From Raillietiella orientalis (lineage: Eukaryota), in contig JAYWIR010000045.1 in the NCBI GenBank assembly GCA_036172245.1, forward strand, positions 682,001-746,000: a DNA stretch of 64,000 nt. The letters are read 5' to 3'. Positions within the stretch are counted from its first letter, which is position 1, and each line of letters begins with the position of its first letter. Both the position numbers and the translations under genes were made by a program. The notes beneath the pieces were generated by a model, which did no database searches, was not told the origin of the DNA, and worked only from the letters and a program-made list of their open reading frames with translations. Shown piece after piece: positions 52,620-64,000 of the stretch.

Positions 52620-53197
52620 TGGGACTCACGCTCGGGAGGGAACCTGAAGGGAACCCTCCACCCTGGTTGTCTCCGGAGGAACCCGTAAGAGGGGGCCGCT
52701 CCATCATTTCTCCTCCAAACGGAACCTGGAAAGGATCCACTATTGGAATTTCTTCTCCGGAAGGACCTTCCGGGAAGGATCTGCTCTTAGTCTCCTCCTC
52801 TGGAGAGAAATCCTAAGGGACTCTTCCCGAAGGGAGCAGAGTGCTTCTTCACACTCTGGAGAAGCAATATCGATCCACCATCTACATGGCACGCGATGGC
52901 GGGTCCCCCCGAAGGAGGGATGGCTCTATTTGCACCATCGGAGGGAAACCTCGAAGAAACTATTTGATTCTGTTTCCTGGAGGGACCCTGGAGGTTCGAC
53001 TCCCATTCCCGGTCACTCAACGGGTGCATCTGGTTTTTACCAGCTTCTACCAACGCCTCACCCGATTATGAGCCAATCAGCGCCATCTTGATGGAGGAAC
53101 TCGAACCCCCATTTCTCTGTCTTTGATCATCTCCGGGTGGGACTCGAACCCGCGAAGCTCGATGTCACTTGTCCAGATCGCATCCCACATGGCCACC
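52620..53197 (-). repeat. tRNA-headed structured element, ~580 bp
   Basis: Two B-box-like T-arms (gggttcgagtccc 53151-53139; gggttcgagttcc 53108-53096) and cUUCGg hairpins at ~52905-52919 and ~52821-52837. Colinear with 31560-32141. Confidence 0.75.
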
Positions 53198-53249
53198 GAA
53201 CAGGGTTTACTTCATTAAGGAAGAGGCGGCAAATGGTGCCCCTTCCTTA

Positions 53250-54330
53250 TATCTCAAGAATGAAATTTAGTGCACGAGCACGCCGTCCCTTCCCTGATGA
53301 GCGGGATGCAATCGTGAAAGAGGACCGGAATCGCCGGATGCGATCCAGGCTCCGTTATCCAGATGCACGGCGCCAGCGATCCCTGAGGGCTGAGGCAACA
53401 ACGCGCCGTGTTGGCAGCAGCCTGACGAGGTGCGCGACCGATTCCTCCCGCCGTCGGGCTTCCGGGATCATTCACTTTTGCTTGCTTGCGAGTCGTGTCC
53501 ATGGTGCAGCAGCGGAGGAGATGCGGACGAGATGGCGTGGAGGAATGAACTCCTCGAGATCAGTCCACCTTCCTCTTCTTCAGGAGCTTCCCGACGAGAC
53601 ATCTCCACGCCCACGTTGTGGTTGCCGGCCACGCCTCCTTCACCAGCCCGCTTTGGCCCTCGCTGTATGCGCTGGACCACCCTTCGAACAGGAAGAATGA
53701 TCCTGTCTGCTTTCGTGGAGAGTCAGGCCCGTCCGGCCCGGCATCTTTCGCAAGTTCCGACCTCTACCACGACCATCCCGAGGGAAACCGATCGATCGTC
53801 CTCCCCGAGGAACCAACGAACAGGGAAGCTGCATGGAATGCCCTCAGGTTCTGTTGTTTCAATCACGAAGGAGCAGGGGGAATGGGGTATCGACAAAGGA
53901 GTCAAAGGGAGGGAAAGGGAGGAGTCACTTTCCACCGCTCCCGTAGCCTGCCTGCTTCCTCTGACCCGGCCTCACAGAAATCTGTGGCCCCTCAGGGAGA
54001 TGCTAGTAGAGTCAACGATCCATTCGCTTCTTCCATCACGCGTCTTGGGAGCGCCCTCGTGCTCACGCCTTTCCTGATGCGCTCCACTCGTCTCCTCGGA
54101 ATTCTGTCCATCTCCAGGTCCTTCGACGGGCCCCTGCATCCCTCACGAGGAACTCTCCTGCTATCCTGGAAGGATGGCGGACTTCCTGCAAGGTCGTTTG
54201 ACCCTCGCCCTCCCCGGAGCACCCCATGCCGTCGAAGCGTGGAGTCCATCCCGAAGACGGACTGGCCAGAGGCCTCCGCCTACTCCTGGTCGCCTCCGGG
54301 TGACCCTCCCGATCCAGGACACCAGCTCGC
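53250..54330 (+). pseudogene. Decayed pPolB, N-terminal region with internal deletion
   Basis: SSRSVHLP (GSSYIxLP). PEEPTNREAAWNALRFCCFNH and FLMRSTRLLG are shared with the 7441-9950 copy. Confidence 0.6.
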
Positions 54331-54479
54331 CACTCAGCTCGCGACCACTACATTCCCTCGAAGGCTCAGGCGAGCTCCTGGTGCTCATCCTAGGGAAGGA
54401 GTGCAGCTGGCATGCAGAAAAAGTTCCAGGAAGAAGATAGCCCTTTGAAAACAGCGCAGCGGAGAGGGCATGAAATCCC

Positions 54480-56870
54480 AAGGAGCTAGGCCTCCACCGT
54501 CAACAGAGCGCAAGAAGTTTCCAACGCATGTTGGCAAAAAAGAGTAAAAATCTTCCCGGGAGGAGCAGCTGCTTAAGACGAGCGCAGTTCAAGCGCGCCG
54601 TTCCCAACAGGTACGGTGAGGACAGCTGGAGCGACATCGTGGATCTTCAGCGCCTCGAGCTACAGCGAGCTCGCAGTCGGTTCCTTGGGATGCAACCCTA
54701 AGGAAAGCATTGGGAACCTCCCGTGGGTCGCGTGCCGTCCTTGCGGCACACGGCCATGGCAGCAGCGTGCCGGGCTGCGAAATGAACGCAAAAGTGTCGG
54801 CGTGAGAGATCGTTGCTGAAGACGAAAGCAGCCGCCACTACTGATAAAGGGAAGATCCTCTACTCCGCAAGGCCGCCCGAGTGCAACGCGAAGGGAAGGG
54901 GGTGAGCAGGAATGATGGCAGAGCCAGCATGCCCATCGTCCGAGAAGCGTCATCTCGCCATCATCTCCGGATGTTAGAAGGATACAATTTCCCTGATCGC
55001 TCTTCCAATAAGGGGGGGGGGGAGGGGGAGAGAGAGAGAAAGAGGCGCTGCATTCGCATCCACGCCGACCCGACCCACTAGTGCACGCGAGATGTGAACA
55101 CTACGAAGGTTGTGGTACACAACATCCATTGAGCAAGACATAGAGGACGCAATTCCTCATCCGCGAATTAGCAGAATGACCATCCCCTAACGACTGGCGG
55201 GTCGTGAAATGAGAAGACGCCATCGTCTTCTGGAATGTGAGCGCTCATGGGCTGCCACTGATGCCGGGAAGGGAGCAGCAGAACCCGGAAGATGAAGTTC
55301 TTAAGATCGCTAATACTTTCCTCCCCCTCTCCCAGCCTCGAACCGACTGTTCAAACGTTGGTCGCCCTTGACGCAGCTTGTTCAGCCGGCCATCTCCGCA
55401 TTTTCTTCCAAAGCATCCCGATGCCTGGAACCAGGAATCTGCCTGGAGATTCATGCGGCACGTGCAATGGTTCGTTTTATCTTCGCACGACACTTAATGA
55501 TTTCTCCGCTATCGGCAGCTTTCCAGACGACGGCTCCTTCCTCCCTTCTCGTCCTTCGCCCTCTACTCTGCCATTGCAGGGAGGCTGCGCTTTCCTACGC
55601 TCGACCGCTTGTGGATCATCGTGAAGACGGATGAAAGCACATGAAATTCGAAACGAGAGAGTGCGCGCCTTGCCCTGGTGATGCTTGTTTGTATATCGCC
55701 GAAGCAGGCGGGACGTGCGAGATATCCCTCGGGGCAAAAAAGCAAACTGAAAGGCCTCCTAAGGGGAAAGCAGCGGAGTCGATTCCCGTGCTCCAGGAGT
55801 TCCATCCCCTTCCCACCACTCATACCTCGACGGACCACGCGCGTTCTTCCTGCTCTGCCGGAAGAACTTTCCGGATTCGCCTCAGGAGAGCATCGCCTCC
55901 TCCGCATCCTGATTAGTTCGACGACGTTTCTCCCCTCACCCCACCCTAACCCTTTTGTACGCCTGCCTGTCATGATCCCGGAACAAGGAAAGGTGCTCCC
56001 TTGAAACTGGACCTTTGCAGGCTTCAAGCCGCCGCGACGTGGATGGATCCGGAAGCGGAGCAGAAGTCAGCTTCCCTCCCAGTTCGGCTCGCGAATAGGC
56101 ACACATCAGCTACCCCACGAAAGTGGGCGGTGGTATTCTCGATGACCGTTCCGACGTTTCCTGGGATGGACGCACTGTAGGCCCCGTCGTATCCCCTGGA
56201 GATTTCAAATGCGTCCCCTCCGACGGTAACTCCCTTCTTGCTCATTTTTGCGGAATGCCGCAGCTTTCTCTAAGATTTATCTTTCGCAGCATCCGCCGCT
56301 GCCACTTGTGTGGATGTCCGCCAGCACCCAGTTGACGAGCATCCAGTCGGAACCACCGCTGTGAAACCGCCTTTCACGGTCTCCTCTTTTGGTAAGAAAC
56401 CTTGGCGAAAGCGCCATCGAGAAAGCAGCTTTCCGATCTTCGAATGGATGAAAGGACGGACGAGACCTTGGTTGAGACAAAGGAGGTCGACCGACTTGCC
56501 CTTCCCAGTACGAAGCTGTTGGAACCCGACCGAGGAAATGGCACCAAGGCAGCTTCGCCTTGGAAACAGCACCACGCCGACGAAGAGAGGGAGCAGCTCT
56601 CGATGAGTGTAGTCCGCAGGCATCCGATTTGCTGCAGCAACCCCGAAGCAACCGGTCCTGAAAATGGATGGCGCTCAGGCTTCGAGCCTATATCCAGCCG
56701 CCGCGGCAGAGCCGTTCCTGCCTTCTGGAGTTCCACCGCCCGAGGACGGCGGGTTCCTAGGGTTGCGGCGAGCAGAAAGCTCGCGACGGTGCGCACAGAA
56801 AGGTTTGGGCACTCGAGCTTTCCCGGAGCCGCCATCGGCGCAGATCCTGCTGGCAAAAGCAAACACTCCA
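54480..56870 (-). pseudogene. Decayed pPolB, N-terminal region to motif A
   Basis: RFHSGGSDWML (~56370-56340), SRLLRRYTNKH (SRLLxxQxSKH), AHIPE..VVR (CHICE..VRDH), VVYHNL (~55120-55103; VFHNL). Motif A nucleotides gaaatgaacgcaaaagt are shared with ~24899. Confidence 0.65.
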
Positions 56871-56909
56871 GTGAGGTCCTAGAGGTCTGATGCGGAGGAG
56901 GGGTTTATG

Positions 56910-57750
56910 TCCAAACTTCGAGCATCGTTCAGTCACTCTCAAATCCCCGGAGAAGAAGAGAAAGTTTTCCGAAAAAGGATCCTTTCTGATACCTTCCGGA
57001 AGCATCTGTTGGGAATAAGTGCAAGGTAGGAAGCATCCAAGAGAAACAGAAGCGGGACGTCGTCAGGATGAAACTACAGGACGGTGGAACACCAGGAGAC
57101 GCGCCAATGCAGCTTGGAGGAGATCCGCAGGGATGGAGCAGATTAAAGTTCGTTTCGCTATCCTTGAACCCGCTCAAGTCGTACAAGATCAGAGCAGTGA
57201 GCACTCGAAACTGCTGCGTGGGCGTTCGAGGACCACGCTGATCAGATGGGATTGATGGTCGTTTTCCCAGAATGGGTCGAACGAAGAGTTCCTGGTGGTA
57301 CACTGCAGGCATATTTTGAAGCAGTTTTAAAAGGTTGGGGTACGGAAACCCGAAAAGACAAGATTCGGGTTTAGTTGCGCCTTGACAACCGTGCTCATGA
57401 GCTGATGTTTTATTGGTGGATCATTGGATCCACCAGTGATATTCATCAGATATACTAAAAGCTACATCACATTACCTTCTAAGCACTGTTCTTAACAAGA
57501 GACACATAGCATACAGTCTCTTTATTTATGTACCACAATGGCATACACGTCTTCCCCTTTCGTAGGAAATTCGAGGACCATCACCTTCGTCAGCTGAGCA
57601 TCCTCTAGCAAAGCGTTCAACAACTGAGTACCACGGCGGAAGAAGGGAATCAACTCAACTTTGCGACTTCCTTTGCAAAGAGACAAGAGTACATGAGGCG
57701 CTCGATAAGCCTGGCTGGAACCGCCGAGAGGATGTGTGGAATTTCGAAAT
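56910..57750 (+). pseudogene. Decayed pPolB, C-terminal region
   Basis: EEKVFRKRILSDTFRK (motif B), VRFAILEPAQ (GFAILELSK), WYT (motif C position), TKSY, RTITF. Confidence 0.55.
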
Positions 57751-58499
57751 CGAAGCGGTACCTGCTTTCTCTTTACAGCATCCCTTTCTCGCTGGTGTGC
57801 CCATCCCAACACTTCGATCTGTGGGAAACCGCATTCTCTCTTTCGTAGACCCTCCAGGGCATGCTGCAGTGGCCAGGTTGGTCGCATCTCGAGGTCACAC
57901 TTGGGTGAGACGAGTCGCTGCGTCAACTACCGACTGCAAACAAAACTGAGAATGGAGGGAACTTTTGAAAGATGTTCCGGTAGTGTTAAGGCAACTTGGA
58001 AATTTTCTCTTTCAAATAGAAAACACACACACACACGCACACACACGTTTTCCATTTCATTTATTGATTGGAATCGAAGATTGCGAGTCCCAAGAAATTA
58101 GGAACCTAAGAGAAGAAGGGAGGAGGCAATTCCACGTGACGACCCCTTTCACGTACGGCCCATATCCCACAAGTGCAAAAAATTCCAGTCTTTTCCCAAG
58201 AGCCCAGCCAGGAACGAAATGACTCATGGCAAAATCTCTCTGTAATTCTCTGTAATCTCGGTAACAGGTGACCGAGTAAGGGGCGATAGTGCCCTCACAC
58301 GACCTGTAAAAAGCAGCGCCTGCTTGAATACGGACACCGCACTTTCTCTTATCAATCGGAAAAGGAAAGTGCAAAAAAAAAAAAAAGCAGGATGCGCAGT
58401 TTGATAGTTAAAGGAGGAAGTCGTATCAAGGAAGAACGTTCAAAAGAGAGAATTTACGCGCTAAAAAAGGAAGTAAAAAGCACACGTAAGCAAAAAGTG

Positions 58500-59200
58500 T
58501 ATGGAAAGTAACAGGAGGAAACTGGCGAAAATCAGAAGCACCAGGAATCCGGCATCCTCTGCGGAGAAATCCTGGAAAGAAGTCCCTTTCTGTCTTTTAG
58601 AATCGTGCCTCGGGAGCCTTGGGCAGACACCCGTAGACTCCCATCAACAGCAGGAAAACGGATGGGAGATCGCATCCTTCCGAATCACCCGAAGATTCTA
58701 CAAACCATGAGGAAGACATGGCTCACTGTGCTGGACAGAGCCAACAAAACGAGAGAATGGAGGTCGGAAAAGAAACATTTGTATCACCCTGGAAAAAGAA
58801 CCGCTGCTCAGGAAAACGGTAACATTCCGGGTAAAGACAAGAAGGCCATGCACCCATGCAAAGAAAAGACTGCTCTTGAAATCGGAAATGTGGCAGGAAA
58901 GCGAAGTCCACCAAATATCGGAAAGTGGGGAGAATAGAGGCACGGCAAACACAAAGCAGAAACGACCCTCTTCCCTGAGTTTTGGGGGTTATTACCGTTC
59001 CCGGACACTCGGCAATTCGAGAGCATGCAATCGCTAAAAGCTACATCATGTTACCTTCTAAGCATCTTTCTGATCAAGAGACACATAGCACACTCTCTCT
59101 TAAATCATGTACCATCTTGTGTTGTGTAATCTACATTGCCTGCATGCGACCGAATCAAATATTCAGTTGCGCTATCCTAGATTCAAGAGTTAAAAACCAG
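58500..59200 (+). pseudogene. pPolB C-terminal fragment, paralog of 57455-57535
   Basis: ctaaaagctacatca..ttaccttctaagca..caagagacacatagca occurs at both ~57455 and ~59034; translates AKSY. Confidence 0.45.
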
Positions 59201-59389
59201 ATTGCTGTGGTCCCCAGGAAGGCCAAGATTCACAAAACTTGGTCTTTAGATCCCTCCCACCACGTCGACCATCATTCGACCCCCATTTCTCCCCCATTCC
59301 CTCCTCAAACTCAGTGAATGCCGTTTGGTGCAAAACTTCAAGAGCTTCGCCCTCCCCGGATGGTTGACAGAGAAAGTCAGGCAGGAAGC

Positions 59390-61550
59390 CCCTCGTTGAT
59401 ACATTACGAAAAAACTTTGAGCAAAATGGATCCGGTAGCCCAGCTGAGAGTGATCCACTAGTTGTAACCAGAAGTGCTAAAGCACGGGTTAGGAAGAAAG
59501 GGAAAAAAATAACAATCCAGTTATTTATCCAGAAAAATGCAAGTTGATTAGATGACGTGGAGTTGAATTTGTATGCGAACGGATGCAACTGCTAACTGGC
59601 AAACTCAGACATGGGGTATGCTCTTTATGAGCGCATTCCACTTATCCTCTTCCAGTAAAACAAATCCGATAATCAGAATGCAGGAATCTATATTCGTTCG
59701 CATCTGCACCATTGACAACTACAGAATTTGATCCTGGAAAGATTCTCTGGGGAGTTACAATTTCCGGAAAGAATACTGAAAAGATCGGCCACGTGAACTC
59801 TTAAAGTTCGAACTAAAAGCAGCCACGACCACAGATGTCTGGCAGATCGAGACGACGTGCAGAGGAATGCGTTCATCAGTTCCATAATAGGGAACAAGAA
59901 TCATTCTAGATGTACAAGCAGCCAGAACGTACACAACCCAAAGTAAAGAGGACTGCTGTTGCATGTATTCACTTGTGTGACACATGCACTATCAGATAGC
60001 ACAAGAAGCATATGATCAACCCGCTTCATGGGAAAAGATCGGGCAGATCAACTTGAAAGTCGGAAATCTGAACGCATGCTCCATCAATAGAACTTGGTTT
60101 CATCGGCAGGCAATTTGCCCACAGCTTGAAGCACTTTCGCGAAGACAAAGAAGAAGAAAAAGAACGCCTACGCTCTTCACTTCCTGGAGAGGCCAAACGA
60201 ATAAGCCCAAGTGCTGAATGGAATCATTTTCGGTAATTAATGCTTTCGTGAAAACAGAATCATCGTGCTCATAATGCTTGGTGAACCAGTAAGTGGGATC
60301 ATGGGGCACCTCCCAAACAATTCATACCACACAGTTCGCTTCCTCTTCCGGAATGGGAACCTGCGTACGAAACAGTTGTACGGCAAACAGAAAGAAATAA
60401 GAGTGCGAGACACAGGCAAACGCATACACACAGTTAGCATAATGGAGATTAATGGAATCCACACAGATTATTTAGCCAAATCGAAGATGTTTGTACCTCG
60501 ACTTAGGTCCTTGCTCGCGCACACTGTGTCTTTGCATGGATCGCTGGTGATTTCGTTTATCTGCAAGGTAACTGCGACAGAATTTAAAAAATTTTTACAA
60601 CATGACGAAGTTATTTCGTAGAAATCTTTTGCGAGGATAAACCTTGAATTATGTAGGCGCATGAATAAATGGAAACGCACTGCACTGCAATTTATTTAAA
60701 ATCGAAAAATTACATCACACCAAATACAAAACTAGATTTCAAATGCTCTCCGTACATTCAAATCATTGGTCATTAAGACAGTCATTAATCGATACCCTGA
60801 ACGACAGACCCCATGGACGGCGCCACCACTCCATAAGAAACGCACAAAAAATTTTTGTGCGAGTGCACACACGACGTGTTTCCTATTACGCTGGCAACTT
60901 CCTTTAACTCGTTCACTTGCCATGGCATTACTATGAAGAAGCATTTTAAATGGAATACAACTTTTGCTACAGCACTAGGAAAACAGAACGCAGAAGCTGA
61001 GATTATGAGTACGTTACGAAGGCATGGAAGACCAACCGTACTGACTGATGAATTTGGACAGACTTTTACAGCAATACTTTGGGAACATTCAACCACCGAA
61101 CGCACCGTCCACGTGGCCGTTTCTGATCGCAGGCTCCAGTGGGAAGAAAGCTGCTTCAAAAGCAAACTCTGATGCCACTGACATGCACAGCTTTACCCGA
61201 ATCTTGTGCAGAGCTCGACTTTTCTCTTATAAGAGCACTCCTTGCATAGACCACGAAAACAAGTAAATTCAAAATGCAATCTTGCAGGAAATGGATAAAA
61301 TTGGTGGGAGCTGAGGAAGGCCATCCACAAATTTCCAAGTTGAACATGCGTGAGATCGAACACGGATGTAAGAAAAGAGTTCCCGAAAACAGATGTTTCC
61401 TGAGAAACGAAAATATTGCACGATGGTCCACAGACACACACAGAACGTGGTTTCTTCGAGTACGTGTGTGCAAAACTTGGATCCAAGGCGACATTCCTCG
61501 GTGCTTCTTACAGCTCATGATCGCAGCAAATCCAACGAGGAAGAACAATA
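59390..61550 (+). pseudogene. Decayed pPolB, N-terminal to middle region (AT-rich copy)
   Basis: NFEQNGSG (59413-59436), FSGELQFP, KFELK, MHYQI, FCASAHTTCFL (60853-60885; FRGAAHxxCNL), SKLNMREI, NLDP, in order. Confidence 0.7.
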
Positions 61551-62691
61551 CATCAGATGACAGTCTCCATGTCACCAACTTGCAGCTAATTAGAAACAAC
61601 GAGTTAGTAATGCAAAAAAGGTCAGTCCCATTCGACTGCATAATAAATTATCACCTTTGCTTCAATACACAAAGAGCTTCGACAAGTGATGAAATACAGA
61701 TGCAAGACTACAAACAAGGAACACTTTATTGCAATGACACGTACATCTGACCAAATAACCTGATTCATGGATCATAAATAAAGTGAAATGCTTCACACAC
61801 TAAAGTACAGTTTAATCAAAATTGGCGTGAATCTTGTTCGGACATGCAGAAAACGACTTGCACTAAGAGTCCCTGTAGTCATATATATCTTCTTGTGAAG
61901 TTGAAAAACGTTCAAACATGATCATATCAAAATCCAAGGATTGGATGAGTTTGATCCACGATGTCAATGACTTCTTTCACCACTCCATCATACACACATA
62001 CACAATAAAAAATGGCACCAGTAAATGATAATTTTTTCAGCAACGATACATTTACAATGTAACTTACAATTATAACTCACTTTAATTTTTCCATTAAACT
62101 GTAATCTAAAAATGCTTCTCAGGCAGAAGGCCACCAAGAAATCCTATTTCATAATGAGCTGAATGAAGGTGAACTTACTAATACAGAGTTTCAGTTGGTC
62201 AAGGTTACGAATGCTTAACATTACAAATGTCTTACAACTTGCACTTTCTTAGTTCGGAAACTCTTGGATTATTCTTTCCAAGGATTCTACAGCCAAACGT
62301 CAGACTTCAGCGTTGATGAATACGAAATGAGTTGGCTACACCAGCAGAGGAATGTTGCAAGGATCATTCTCACTCAGTGACACCCATGTTGTGTACGCTG
62401 TGTCAAAAACCAATCTCATTTGCAGGTATCATTACTGTTCTTGAAGAAACACGATGCCACTTGAATAAAGCCAAAACATACAAAGCAAAAATTCCACTGA
62501 AATTTTCTGCAAAAAAATTAAGAAAACCCTTTTGTTCAAAAATTTTTCAAAAGAAATAAAATAGGTGGTGGCGGGACTTCTATGGAATAAATATGAAAAT
62601 GCATATCAAAAAATTGTTATTCACTAAAATCACCGGTAAGCTAATGAGATTTACCTATATGGTAATGAAATTTCATGTCTTGCCTTTGAAA

Positions 62692-64000
62692 TTACACAAA
62701 CTGCACACCATCTCGCAAAAGAGGCTTTGCTTCCATAGAAATGTCGTATTTTTTGGTCCAGTCAGTGTTTTCTTTCTCTGGACATCCATAACATTGGCAT
62801 CCGAACATATTTACGGCATTAAGTAAAATACCTCGACTAAAGAAATGGTCTGAATGCAGAGGAAAAAAAAAAAAAACACATACTCGAAAGGGCTCTTGAA
62901 ATGATTGCTGCTTTCAAAATGCTCGTAACGATCACAGTTGATACGTTCATTTGTAGTCATTCCAAGAATGAGAACCTACGGTCACAAACTGGCTGCAGCT
63001 GCATGCTCCTACTAGTAACTAACCTGGTACATTTGACAAATGAACAGAATGCTGACCCATAAAGCATGAATCACAGCATTAATTGCTATCCATATAACCC
63101 AAACATCACAAGTTGACGATGATTTTAAATGAGATGGAATTTTCATAACAATGTCTTGGGCACATCCTGTTTCCTGTAGATAAACCAGACAACCATATGC
63201 CACCAAGGAAGTAAGAATTGTAAGGAGAAACAGAAACACTAGAAAATGCTTGTGGTTTCCAGCACCTAATAAGAAATATAGTCAGAGTGACATCCTTCTT
63301 TGTCCTCTGGCATTACCAATACAGTTTCCTACCCAAGGGCAATGATGATCAAATTTGGCCACACAATGATTACAAACAGAACAATGTTTAGACCGCAATG
63401 GACGTTTCACCAAACAAGTGGTACAAAACGATGTTGATTCAAAACCATTCGTCTTACCTAATTCTAAAATAGTCTTTATTTTCTCTGAATGAGTGGATAA
63501 AATAAAACCAGGATCATCCTTCCAAGTGTGCAGAAAGCTATACCAGAGCAAAATTGACAAAAGGAAAAATGGAATGGTAAAGGAGAAGCCCACAACAGCA
63601 TGCAACCAGAAGATCCAGGTCACATACATCCAAAATTTGGTTGATAAGTAAATGCCTAAAGGGATGTTATGCATATAGGTATAAAGAAAGGGGCATAGCC
63701 AGTGGCTGATATGCCCTAGTGCAACTACGGACAGCAGCAACATGAACTTCATAAAGTGACTGAGATGTGTGCTGATTAGAATACCAACTGCAGCAAAAGA
63801 GACAAATGGAAAAAAATCCACGACTAGTCTACAAAAGTGCTGCAAGAGGCTTGAGTCACTCTGATAATGCATTACTCACTTTATTGGTCAGAAACTTGTA
63901 GAAAGGTATCCACCGAGTGGTTCTTAGATGCAATTGTCTGATAGCTTGCTTGCTCAACTGATGCTGTTTCAACTGCAGTATCAAATCATAAGGCTTCTCT
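62692..64000 (-). CDS. ZDHHC17: DHHC palmitoyltransferase ZDHHC17/HIP14 orthologue, 3' exons (gene continues beyond window): 64000-63880, 63839-63317, 63265-63024, 62975-62884, 62836-62692
   Basis: [98 protein letters not shown] introns of 40, 51, 48 and 47 bp keep the frame; TAA at 62694-62692. Confidence 0.93.

Noticed and set aside
53285..53330. Hammerhead ribozyme core (CTGATGA...GAAA)
   Set aside because: Could not form stems I and III with a UH cleavage site.
1..61750. Supplied six-frame ORFs (e.g. 8630-9601, 41364-42245, 53618-54448) as functional genes; CRISPR arrays, rRNA or bona fide tRNA
   Set aside because: The ORFs are GC-driven open frames or mixed-frame relic pieces. I saw no regularly spaced repeat-spacer array or rRNA similarity, and the tRNA-like heads lack a complete cloverleaf.

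Overview
Eukaryotic (metazoan) genomic DNA. The last ~1.3 kb holds the 3' part of an intact host gene on the minus strand, a ZDHHC17/HIP14-type DHHC palmitoyltransferase with very short GT-AG introns (40, 51, 48, 47 bp). By manual translation across stops and frameshifts, almost everything else (about 1-61,600) reads as a dense, two-orientation array of roughly 25-30 decayed fragments of one gene type: a Polinton/Maverick(adintovirus)-type protein-primed family B DNA polymerase (pPolB) with an N-terminal GSGW region and an embedded endonuclease-VII-like His/Cys motif. I found no convincing integrase, capsid, packaging ATPase or protease gene; each candidate resolved to pPolB on re-reading. Two tracts inside the array are near-identical: a ~1.98-kb direct pair 25.9 kb apart and a 1,299-bp inverted pair. 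Both continue outward as diverged, in-register paralogous sequence, which looks like gene conversion. Also embedded are a histone H3 pseudogene, the 3' RLE end of an R2/NeSL-type non-LTR retrotransposon, four copies of a tRNA-headed, UUCG-hairpin-rich element, a short GTGACCCC-bounded repeat family and several perfect hairpins. All protein assignments come from remembered family motifs read by eye, not database searches. Relic boundaries are approximate (+/-100-300 bp). Most ORFs in the supplied track are spurious or are short pieces of these relics.
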